Source: Alphaproteobacteria bacterium (GTDB lineage: Bacteria; Pseudomonadota; Alphaproteobacteria; Micavibrionales; Micavibrionaceae). Taken from it: a DNA stretch of 64,000 nt. Numbering within the stretch: position 1 is the first letter of the stretch; each line of letters begins with the position of its first letter. Positions 38,177 through 47,109 of this stretch are shown here, one piece after another. The stretch is taken from contig CP065008.1 in assembly GCA_016699735.1 (NCBI GenBank), positions 404,032-468,031 of the forward strand. The letters are read 5' to 3'. The notes under the pieces are model-generated. The model was given only the letters and a program-made list of their open reading frames with translations, did no database searches and was not told the DNA's origin. Position numbers and translations under genes: made by a program.

Positions 38177-38250
38177 TATGTACGATATTAAATTCTTACA
38201 TAACTTACTAATTATTTTGCGCTCAAACGTATTGCCGTGGAACACTAAAA

Positions 38251-40941
38251 GTGAATATAGCAGAAATCGGAATAGAACTTGGTGATCTGGTCAATGAAAA
38301 TTTTGATCCGGCTACATTCATCTATCGTTTTCTGGAAATATACAAAGCCCCCAAAAGCACACTTGATAAATTTCGCAAAGGCACACAAAACAAGGCCGAT
38401 ATAAACGGAGATTTGCTTTGGCAGAGAAAGATATATTTCCGCCAAATACAAAGCGGAGATACAGCCAAAGCACTTGATGAAATCAAAGCCCTTAAAGTTA
38501 TAAAAACCTACAAGCCCAGATTGATATTGGTTACTGACGGCAAGGAAGTATCCGCCCTCGATTTGAAAACAGATGATTCTCTCCATTGTGATTTTATAAA
38601 ATTGAGTGACCGCTTCGGTTTTTTCTTATCTGTAGCCGGAATAGATGTATATAAGGCAGTAGAGGAAAACTGCGCAGATATTAAAGCCGCAGGACTTTTA
38701 GCAAAATTCCATGACGAAATCATGCAGGTGAATGCTGGATGGCATACGCCTGAAAAACGCCATGCCCTCAACCAATTTATGATGCGAGTTTTGTTTTGCT
38801 TATTTTCAGAGGATACAGGCAGTTTCAAAGAAGATTTATTCGTACAAACTGTATCAGATTACGGCGGTGATAACGGCGAATATATCCAAGACCTTCTGAC
38901 ACAGCTTTTTGAGATCATGAACACCTCGAAAGAGAAGCGGGGCAATATTTCAACGCATATATCCGCTTTTCCCTATGTTAATGGCGGCCTGTTTGCCGAT
39001 AAAACTGAAGTTCCGAAGTTCAGCAAACGCGCTAAACGCCTCCTGATTGAAGCGGCAAGGCTGGATTGGCGCGAAATTAACCCCGATATTTTTGGCTCGA
39101 TGATCCAAGCGGTCGTGGATACCGATATGCGCGGTGATCTGGGAATGCACTATACGTCCGTTCCCAATATCATGAAGGTTCTGCATCCGCTTTTTCTCAT
39201 GTCTTTGGAAGAAGAATTTGAGGAAGCGCAGGGACGGCGTGATGAACGCGCACGGCTTCAAAAGCTGCTTACTCGCATTTCAAAAATCAGGGTATTTGAT
39301 CCAGCCTGTGGCTCTGGAAACTTCCTGATTATAGCCTATCGAGAGCTTAGAAAGCTCGAAATGCGAATATTCCAGCGTGAGGATGATCTGGACGGCGGCA
39401 CGATCCGAAACCGTTATGAAACCCATGTTAAAATCTCAAATTTCTATGGCATAGAGCTTGCCGATTTTGCCGCAGAAACCGCCAAATTATCGCTCTGGAT
39501 TGCCGAATATCAGATGAATCAGAGATTCAAAAATCTATTCGGAGAAATGCCAGACCCTTTTCCATTGAATGAAGGCGGTCATATCACCAGTGGCAATGCC
39601 CTGCGAGAAAACTGGGAAGAAATTTGCCCACCCGTAAATGATCCAGAAATTGAAACCTATATCGTAGGAAACCCGCCATATTTAGGAAGCACTTTCCAAA
39701 ATCCAGAACAGAAGCAGGATATGGCGTCGGTATTTTCCCCCATAACCAAAAACTATAAAAACCTAGACTATGTAACGGCTTGGTATCTAAAAGGAGCGCA
39801 CTACTGCACCAAACATCAGGCAGAATGCGCTTTTGTAGCGACCAATTCGATTTGTCAGGGTGAACAAGTAGCTCTGCTCTGGCCTTTGATATTCAAAATG
39901 GGTTTAGAAATAGGTTTTGCACACCAATCTTTCAAATGGAGTAATCTGGCAACAAATAACGCAGGTGTTACCTGCTCAATTATTGGAATTAGAAAAAATT
40001 GTGACCAAAAAAAAATACTATTTCATGATGAAATTGCCCGTAATGTAAAAAACATTGGGGCATATCTCATTGAAATGCCTAATGTTATAGTTCAAAAATC
40101 ATCAAAGCCGCTTAACAGCTTGCCTAACATGGATTACGGCAATAAACCTGTAGATGGTGGTAATCTCATTCTATCCGCTGAAGAAAAAAACGAGCTTATT
40201 GGTAAATACCCTCAAGCAGAAAAATTGATACGACGTTTCTATGGATCACAAGAGCTTATCAAGGGTATTGAGAGGTGGTGTTTGTGGATTCAAAATGATG
40301 ATCTACCTTTCGCAAACAGCATACCGCCTATAGCACAGCGCATTAAAAATGTTCATGCTCTTAGATTAAAAAGCAAAGATAGTGGCGCAAATAAAATGGC
40401 AGAGCGCGCACACCAATTTAGAGAGATGAATATTGCTCAGGAACACTACCTGATTATTCCCAGTGTTTCCTCGGAAAATAGACCTTATATACCCGTGGAC
40501 TTATCAGATTCAAAATCTTGTATTAGTAATCTGGCTTTTGGAATATATGACTGCCCTATATATGTATTTTCGATAGTTGCCTCAAAACTGCATAACATAT
40601 GGATAAAAGCCGTTTGCGGCCAGCTAGAAACACGAGTGCGCTATTCAAATACCCTCGGTTACAACACATTTCCGCTCCCAGCTTTGACTAAAGAAGATAA
40701 AGAAGAGCTGGAAAACCATGCTTGGAATATCTTAGGAATACGGCAATCCTACACTGGCAAAACAATCGCATGGCTTTACGATCCCAAAACAACGCCAGCC
40801 GACCTACTCGCCGCGCACAAATCTCTCGATGATTGCCTTGAAAAAATCTACATAGGCCGCCCTTTCAAAGACGATACCGAACGCCTCGAACACTTGTTCA
40901 AAATGTATGAAAAAATGACCGCAAAAGGGGGTAAAAAATGA
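38251..40941 (+). CDS. MmeI-family (type IIL/IIG-like) N6-adenine DNA methyltransferase homologue, full length, nuclease motif apparently degenerate
   Basis: Collinear with my recollection of MmeI throughout: FMMRVLFCLFSEDTGSF, AFPYVNGGLF, LGMHYTSVPNI, motif I FDPACGSGNFLI, motif IV VGNPPYLG, ATNSICQGEQVALLWP, YGNKPVDGGNL, SSENRPYIP. GTG start. Confidence 0.9.
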   Translation: MNIAEIGIELGDLVNENFDPATFIYRFLEIYKAPKSTLDKFRKGTQNKADINGDLLWQRKIYFRQIQSGDTAKALDEIKALKVIKTYKPRLILVTDGKEVSALDLKTDDSLHCDFIKLSDRFGFFLSVAGIDVYKAVEENCADIKAAGLLAKFHDEIMQVNAGWHTPEKRHALNQFMMRVLFCLFSEDTGSFKEDLFVQTVSDYGGDNGEYIQDLLTQLFEIMNTSKEKRGNISTHISAFPYVNGGLFADKTEVPKFSKRAKRLLIEAARLDWREINPDIFGSMIQAVVDTDMRGDLGMHYTSVPNIMKVLHPLFLMSLEEEFEEAQGRRDERARLQKLLTRISKIRVFDPACGSGNFLIIAYRELRKLEMRIFQREDDLDGGTIRNRYETHVKISNFYGIELADFAAETAKLSLWIAEYQMNQRFKNLFGEMPDPFPLNEGGHITSGNALRENWEEICPPVNDPEIETYIVGNPPYLGSTFQNPEQKQDMASVFSPITKNYKNLDYVTAWYLKGAHYCTKHQAECAFVATNSICQGEQVALLWPLIFKMGLEIGFAHQSFKWSNLATNNAGVTCSIIGIRKNCDQKKILFHDEIARNVKNIGAYLIEMPNVIVQKSSKPLNSLPNMDYGNKPVDGGNLILSAEEKNELIGKYPQAEKLIRRFYGSQELIKGIERWCLWIQNDDLPFANSIPPIAQRIKNVHALRLKSKDSGANKMAERAHQFREMNIAQEHYLIIPSVSSENRPYIPVDLSDSKSCISNLAFGIYDCPIYVFSIVASKLHNIWIKAVCGQLETRVRYSNTLGYNTFPLPALTKEDKEELENHAWNILGIRQSYTGKTIAWLYDPKTTPADLLAAHKSLDDCLEKIYIGRPFKDDTERLEHLFKMYEKMTAKGGKK

Positions 40942-41678
40942 TTTTTGATAATATTGATTATTCAAAACTCCCCTCAAGCGGAGAAGAAGCATTCATTGAA
41001 TTTGAAAGACAGTTACGACATGAATACAACGGCACAGTTGAATACGACAGAAATGTCAGAGAAAATACAGACATGAACGGTAATTATATAGGCTCTTATG
41101 CCCCTGAAAGAGCCTATCTAAACTCAATCATGGCTTTTATTGATGAATATAATCTTGATCTTGACATAGCAGACTGTGGTAGCCTCAGGGGTTACGAATT
41201 TTATGAAAAATTTGAAGAACTAAAAGCAAAAATTGGCTATGCCGTAACACGATTTAGCATCAGAAAACATAGGATTGGCGAAGGAACAGTTGGGACGCTT
41301 ATATACATAGAAAGCTCGTATAAAGCTGAAATTGGATCGCTTTTGGAAAAGATTAGAAAAATTGTGAATCAAGAAGTTAAAGATGTTAAGAAGAGAGATC
41401 ATATATTTTCAAAAATCGCCTCTTTGCAATCAGAAGTGGATAGGGATCAAACAACTGTTGATGCGCTGTTTTCTCGAATGCTTGATTTATCTTCGACAAT
41501 AGGCGAAAGCGCAGAAAATTTAGAACCTTTAATAAATCTTCTGGAAAGAATAAAAAAAGTGTTTTGGGATAAATCTAATAAAGTTGAATTGCTGCCGCAA
41601 AAAGAGCGGCAAAAGCTAATCACAAAAGAAAATAAATCCTCAGAAATAGATGAATTTGAGGATGAAATACCATTTTAG
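40938..41678 (+). CDS. hypothetical protein (246 aa), translationally coupled to the methyltransferase
   Basis: ATGA overlap with the MTase stop. No P-loop or nuclease motif recognised. C-terminal half looks helical/coiled with an acidic tail. Confidence 0.55.
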   Translation: MIFDNIDYSKLPSSGEEAFIEFERQLRHEYNGTVEYDRNVRENTDMNGNYIGSYAPERAYLNSIMAFIDEYNLDLDIADCGSLRGYEFYEKFEELKAKIGYAVTRFSIRKHRIGEGTVGTLIYIESSYKAEIGSLLEKIRKIVNQEVKDVKKRDHIFSKIASLQSEVDRDQTTVDALFSRMLDLSSTIGESAENLEPLINLLERIKKVFWDKSNKVELLPQKERQKLITKENKSSEIDEFEDEIPF

Positions 41679-41692
41679 AAAAGGTGATATAA

Positions 41693-43669
41693 ATGCCAAA
41701 TTTTGTTGAGGTAGCATACGACCAAACAGGGGAAAGCCAGAAGCAAAATGCTATGGGCATGAGAGCCATGCAAGCCAGAGCCTTTGCAGAGCGCGGGTCT
41801 CAATATCTTCTGGTAAAAGCACCGCCAGCATCGGGCAAATCCCGTGCTTTGATGTTTATTGGTCTCGACAAACTCGAAAACCAAGGCATTCAAAAGGTTA
41901 TAGTAGCTGTGCCGGAACGCTCAATCGGTTCATCCTTCAAATCAACAGAGCTTACAAAATACGGGTTTTCTCGTGATTGGAGCGTGGATGAGCAATGGAA
42001 TCTTTGTACTGCCGGAGGGGATGCAGGGAAGGTTAGCAAATTTCAGTCCTTCATGGAAAGTGACGCCAAAATTCTGGTTTGCACCCATGCCACGTTGCGC
42101 TTTGCCTTTGATAAAATCGGGGTAGAACCTTTTGCCAAATGCCTGCTGGCGATTGATGAGTTTCACCATGCCTCTGCGGATGCCGATAACCGCCTTGGCG
42201 AGGTCGTGCGTAAACTTCTTGATGATGGCCGCGCCCATATTGTCGCTATGACAGGAAGCTATTTCAGAGGCGATAGCCTGCCTGTCCTGCGGCCTGAGGA
42301 TGAAGAGAAATTCACCCGTGTAAGCTATACCTACTATGAGCAGCTTAACGGCTATACCCATCTTAAAACCCTTGGAATTGGTTATCATTTCTATCGGGGA
42401 AATTACCTCGATGCGATTATGGAGGTTCTTGACCCTAAGAAAACCATCATTCACATCCCGAACGTCAACTCTGCTGAAAGCACCAGTGAAAAATACGTCG
42501 AAGTTGACAGGATTATTGACCATCTGGGCGAATGGCAGGAAACCTGCCCTGACACAGGTTTGCACATCATAAAGCACAAATGCGGTAAATTACTGCGTGT
42601 TGCCGATCTGGTCGAAGATGACGCAAAGACCAGAAACCGTGTCATGGAAACCTTGCGAAATGTGTCCAGTGCGGATGATCTGGACATTATCATAGCCCTT
42701 GGCATGGCGAAAGAAGGTTTTGACTGGACGTACTGTGAACACGCTCTTACGATTGGTTATCGTGGATCATTGACAGAAATTATCCAGATTATTGGCCGCT
42801 CCACCCGTGATTGCCCTAACAAAGCCCACGCCCAGTTTACCAATCTGATTGCAGAGCCGGATACCAGCCAAGAAAATGTAACCTCTGCTGTAAACGATAT
42901 GCTCAAAGCCATAGCTGCTTCGCTGCTTATGGAGCAGGTTCTAGCCCCCAATTTTAAGTTCAAGACCCACCCAACAGGCGATAATCTCGACGGCTCTGTG
43001 AAAGTCGTAGATATTGATTACACTCAGAGCGAAACAACAGTTGCGATCAAGGGTTTCGCAGAACCTAGCACGCCCCGTGTTAAGCAAATCGTACAAAACG
43101 ATCTAGTTGATTTAATGGCAAAAATTATGCAAGACGAACGTGTTATCAGGGCAGCGATTAACCCTGATGAGATTGCACCTGAAGTAGTTTCACAGGTTTA
43201 CATCCCTAAGGTTATTGAGAAAAAATATCCAGAATTATCAGAGCAAGAAGTTGAAGAAATTAGGCAGCACGTCATGGCAAATGCTGTATTCAAAACCTCG
43301 GCAGAGGGCGGAATGCCGGAGCTAAACAATAACCTAATAAAGTTGGTTAATAAATTCGTGAATGTTCGGGATTTGGATGTTGATCTTATTGACTCTATAA
43401 ACCCGTTCCAGCTTGCCTACGAGGTTATGTCAAAATCTATTGATGCCGATATTCTAAAGGTAATTCATGGTGCAATTACCGCTACAAAAATCAAAATGAC
43501 GGAGGAAGAGGCTACCTCATTATATCCGCGTATTCGTGCTTTCAAGGATTCACATGGGCGAGAGCCAAGTATGGTTTCTTCCGACCCTATGGAACGACGA
43601 ATGGCAGAAGCCCTTGAATGGATACGCAACAAGAAACGTGAAAAATTGCGTTCTCAGCAATCGGCATAG
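41693..43669 (+). CDS. SF2 (DEAD/DEAH, ResIII-like) helicase
   Basis: Motif I KAPPASGKSRAL, motif II LLAIDEFHHA, motif III MTGS, motif VI QIIGRSTR. Starts 15 nt after the preceding stop. Confidence 0.85.
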   Translation: MPNFVEVAYDQTGESQKQNAMGMRAMQARAFAERGSQYLLVKAPPASGKSRALMFIGLDKLENQGIQKVIVAVPERSIGSSFKSTELTKYGFSRDWSVDEQWNLCTAGGDAGKVSKFQSFMESDAKILVCTHATLRFAFDKIGVEPFAKCLLAIDEFHHASADADNRLGEVVRKLLDDGRAHIVAMTGSYFRGDSLPVLRPEDEEKFTRVSYTYYEQLNGYTHLKTLGIGYHFYRGNYLDAIMEVLDPKKTIIHIPNVNSAESTSEKYVEVDRIIDHLGEWQETCPDTGLHIIKHKCGKLLRVADLVEDDAKTRNRVMETLRNVSSADDLDIIIALGMAKEGFDWTYCEHALTIGYRGSLTEIIQIIGRSTRDCPNKAHAQFTNLIAEPDTSQENVTSAVNDMLKAIAASLLMEQVLAPNFKFKTHPTGDNLDGSVKVVDIDYTQSETTVAIKGFAEPSTPRVKQIVQNDLVDLMAKIMQDERVIRAAINPDEIAPEVVSQVYIPKVIEKKYPELSEQEVEEIRQHVMANAVFKTSAEGGMPELNNNLIKLVNKFVNVRDLDVDLIDSINPFQLAYEVMSKSIDADILKVIHGAITATKIKMTEEEATSLYPRIRAFKDSHGREPSMVSSDPMERRMAEALEWIRNKKREKLRSQQSA

Positions 43670-43680
43670 GATTTCAGGAT

Positions 43681-44862
43681 ATGCCAAGAATGACTTTAGA
43701 TGATATTCTTGCCCTAGATGATGATCTTTTGGACGTGAAGCTCTCTAGCAACCATGCCGGAACAGAAGATCAAAGAATCCTTAGTGTATTTGAAGAAATT
43801 AATTTATTCATAGACAAGCATAAGCGAAAACCCGCAGAAGGCAAAAATCCTTCTGTTTTCGAGCGTAGCCTTAAGATCAAACTTTCCGGCATTCTGAATG
43901 ATGCAAATAGGCATGACTTTTTACTCGAACATGACAGGCACGGGCTGTTACCTTCTGTTCCAGTGAAGTCTCCTAAAACATTGGATGAAATCCTTGATCT
44001 GGACGATGATCTTTTAACCACCCCGAAAGACGATATTTTTAATTTGGTTCATGTGCTATCTGCGGCTGATAGACCAGATATGATTTCTGACCGCCGCCCA
44101 TGTCTTGATTTTGAGAGCTTTAAGCCTCTTTTCGAAAAATGTTCCCAAGAAATCAATACTGGTAAGCGCAAAACGCTTAAATTTTCAAAAGAGCAGGAAA
44201 TCAATGCTGGTGAATTTTTCATACTGAACGGTGTCATGGTTTATGTTGCCGAAGTGGGGGAAACACACATTCGAAATGGCAAAAAAAATGCTCGCTTAAG
44301 ACTAATATTTGACAATGGTATGGAGGGAAAGAACCTTCTTCGATCATTAGCTACAGAACTGTATAAGGATAAAAACGGGCGCCGCGTATCTAATCCAGAA
44401 GTTGGCGGCCTTTTTGATTCTCAGCCAGAAGAAGGGGACTTACAAACGGGCATGATCTATGTGGTTAGAAGCCTGTCACCCGATCCAGAAATCAAGAAAT
44501 ACGATGGAATGCTCCATAAAATCGGATTCACCTCTGGAAAAATGGAGATTCGTATTCAAAACGCCAAGGATGATCCAACATTTCTTATGGCGGCCGTTCA
44601 TCCTGTCGCAACATATATTCTCTACAACATTGACAAAGTTAAGCTGGAATATCTTCTACATAGCTTCTTCGCAGAAGCACGGCTTGATATTGATATAGCC
44701 GACCGTTTCGGGAAGAAAATCAAACCTAGAGAATGGTTTTTATTAAAATATGAAACGATTGCCGAAGCTGTATCCAGACTGAAAGACGGTTCAATCGTAG
44801 ATTATAAGTTTGATTTAGATACGGGAAATTTAATCCTACGGGAACAAGTAAATGCAAAATGA
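43681..44862 (+). CDS. T5orf172 / GIY-YIG-superfamily-like domain protein
   Basis: C-terminal GMIYVVRSL...LHKIGFTSGKMEIRIQNA...EYLLHSFFAEARL...REWFLL matches the T5orf172 pattern as I recall it. Duplicated N-terminal motif LD(D/E)IL-LDDDLL. Confidence 0.65.
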   Translation: MPRMTLDDILALDDDLLDVKLSSNHAGTEDQRILSVFEEINLFIDKHKRKPAEGKNPSVFERSLKIKLSGILNDANRHDFLLEHDRHGLLPSVPVKSPKTLDEILDLDDDLLTTPKDDIFNLVHVLSAADRPDMISDRRPCLDFESFKPLFEKCSQEINTGKRKTLKFSKEQEINAGEFFILNGVMVYVAEVGETHIRNGKKNARLRLIFDNGMEGKNLLRSLATELYKDKNGRRVSNPEVGGLFDSQPEEGDLQTGMIYVVRSLSPDPEIKKYDGMLHKIGFTSGKMEIRIQNAKDDPTFLMAAVHPVATYILYNIDKVKLEYLLHSFFAEARLDIDIADRFGKKIKPREWFLLKYETIAEAVSRLKDGSIVDYKFDLDTGNLILREQVNAK

Positions 44863-44913
44863 TACCTCAAAAATTACTTGCTTAAACAGCTATTTGCGGA
44901 AATGATATGTCTT

Positions 44914-45840
44914 ATGAGTAATAGCGCAAAAGACTGGAAATCATTTGAAGAGCAAATAGGCATCCTCCAATCAAGGGGGATGATTATTGATGACAAATCG
45001 GAAGCATTAATATTTTTAGAACGTGTTGGCTATTATAGGCTGAGTGGCTATTGGTATCCCTTTCGTAAATTTGATAATGGTGCGCGGCAGGACGACTTTA
45101 TCCCTGAAACACGTTTTTCTGATATTATCTCATTATATGATTTTGATCGCAGGCTTCGCTTGCTTGCCCTTGATGCGGTAGAGCGTATTGAACTATCTGT
45201 TCAGGTTGATATTGCTTATCTTCTAGGAAAACGCGATCCTTTTGCTCATGAAAGTCCGAATGAACTTCACGGTAATTTTTCAAGACCCAGAAGAAGCGGA
45301 CAATCAGAATATGACCTGTGGATTGAGGATTACAATCGGCTTGTAGATCGTTCTAAGCGCAAACCCTTTGTAGCCCATAATTTGAAAAAATATGGCAAAT
45401 TACCTATTTGGGTAGCTATTGAAATATTTGATTTTGGGGCAATGTCAAAGCTCTATGCGGGCATGAAACATCAAGACAAAATCAATATAGAAAAGAAATT
45501 TGGTCTTAACGCGGGAACAGAATTTGAAACATGGCTTAGAGGCTTTAACTTTATCCGCAATACTGCTGCACATCATAGCAGGCTTTGGAATTGCAATGTC
45601 TTGGAAAGGGCTATAATTCCGCGCTCAAAATTAAAGCTATACCCCTTAAACAATTCAAGGCCGTTTCTATATTTTTGCATGATGCAAAGTGTTTTAAAGG
45701 TGATCTGTCCTGATGCCAGATGGGGTGAAAGATTTATTGAATTGCTGAATACATTTCCAGAGGTTAAAAACCAAGCAATCAAATTGGAAGATATGGGATT
45801 TATAGAAGGCGCAAAAGAATGGCCACTTTGGAAAACATGA
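44914..45840 (+). CDS. Abi_2 (AbiD/AbiF-like) abortive-infection family protein
   Basis: KSFEEQIGILQSRGMIIDD...FLERVGYYRLSGYWYPFR and FIRNTAAHHSRLWN are hallmark Abi_2 motifs. ATG at 44914 preferred over TTG at 44878. Confidence 0.8.
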   Translation: MSNSAKDWKSFEEQIGILQSRGMIIDDKSEALIFLERVGYYRLSGYWYPFRKFDNGARQDDFIPETRFSDIISLYDFDRRLRLLALDAVERIELSVQVDIAYLLGKRDPFAHESPNELHGNFSRPRRSGQSEYDLWIEDYNRLVDRSKRKPFVAHNLKKYGKLPIWVAIEIFDFGAMSKLYAGMKHQDKINIEKKFGLNAGTEFETWLRGFNFIRNTAAHHSRLWNCNVLERAIIPRSKLKLYPLNNSRPFLYFCMMQSVLKVICPDARWGERFIELLNTFPEVKNQAIKLEDMGFIEGAKEWPLWKT

Positions 45841-46042
45841 TCCCTAAAAAAAGAAAGCCGATGCGTACACTTGCGTGAAGAGGCATCGGGCATATTAAGG
45901 ATAGTGTACAATTTTATAAATTTTAAAGCAATTTAAATTTCTAAACTAGTTTAGTCCTTAAACTGTTTAAATAATTAATTTAAAACATAACCAGTTGATT
46001 TGTCTTGTATATTTCAAGACAGACAGTTGGTGTCTATGGTAA

Positions 46043-47098
46043 TTATTTTGGTAAATCAACACTTACAATGTCTTCAAGAATTAACCTAATAGGTTGATTA
46101 GAGGCATCTCTAACAAAATAAAACGACGCTCCAATCCGCTCTGAACGTAATGCCTCAGATATAATAGCAAGTTTTTTCTTTTTAATACTCATTGGAACTT
46201 GAAACGCGATAGGTTTAATAAACTGCACTTCATTTCTAAATTTACCCCAGCCAGTATCCTTATCGTAAGCTCTAACAATCCCTTCGATATAGGTTGGAGT
46301 TTTGTCGATATTCACCTCCCCTAGGTTTTCTAAAGATTGCCTATCGAATACGCATACTTTCTGATCCGATTGTCCTAATGAAATTGAAAGAGAATTTGCT
46401 GATCCTCTTAAAGGAAGCGCTAATTCTTGGCTATGTTTTCTAAATAAGTCTGACAACTGTACTAATTGTTCATCACTAATTGATGAAAGAACGGACTTAA
46501 TTGGCTCAGAAGTTTTTTCAAATTCTATTTCGGCAAGCAATTCCTGTTGTATATAATCTTTCTCAAATTCTGTTTCAATAGCATTAGGTTTAAGATGGTT
46601 TACTTGTGGTAAGCTATAACCAGCAATAACCTCCAAAGCTTGCTGGGCAGTCGCTTCCTTAGCTCCTAAAATATCTGCCATTATTTGCAATCTTTTAGTC
46701 TCCTCAGATGATTGAAGTGTTCTTTCTCTTTCGCGGGAAAGCTCTATTTGGGCAAGCTCCATAGCTAACTCTTTACCTTTTGAAGGAGGCTTTAATTTAT
46801 TCATGATGTAAGAGAAAAGAGAAGTGAGAGGGACTTTTAAAGTGCATTGAGCTATGTTGGGAATTTTTTCAAGTATTACAGAAAGTTCCCAAGAACCTTC
46901 CTTGGCCGCCGAAACTCTAATATCTGCTTCAATTTTTTTTGAAATTCGATCTAATACTATGCCTTTTTGCCTAAAGTGTTCGATCTTATAAATCAATTTT
47001 GCAGCCGCGTATTGAAACCTAGCAGCCTCATAAAAGTTAAGTTCGTGACTGTCTGCTATTCCACCACTAAAAGAAAAAACTATTGCATCATCTTGCAT
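46043..47098 (-). CDS. hypothetical protein (351 aa), downstream partner of the P63C gene
   Basis: Starts 12 nt after the P63C stop on the same strand. AT-rich. No motif recognised. Confidence 0.5.
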   Translation of the reverse strand: MQDDAIVFSFSGGIADSHELNFYEAARFQYAAAKLIYKIEHFRQKGIVLDRISKKIEADIRVSAAKEGSWELSVILEKIPNIAQCTLKVPLTSLFSYIMNKLKPPSKGKELAMELAQIELSRERERTLQSSEETKRLQIMADILGAKEATAQQALEVIAGYSLPQVNHLKPNAIETEFEKDYIQQELLAEIEFEKTSEPIKSVLSSISDEQLVQLSDLFRKHSQELALPLRGSANSLSISLGQSDQKVCVFDRQSLENLGEVNIDKTPTYIEGIVRAYDKDTGWGKFRNEVQFIKPIAFQVPMSIKKKKLAIISEALRSERIGASFYFVRDASNQPIRLILEDIVSVDLPK

Positions 47099-47109
47099 TC
47101 AAAAACCTC

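Noticed and set aside
41942-42577. 211-aa minus-strand ORF inside the helicase gene, and 38245-38586 / 38508-38828 minus-strand ORFs inside the MTase gene
   Set aside because: They are antisense to genes with strong family motifs, and there is no independent support for them.
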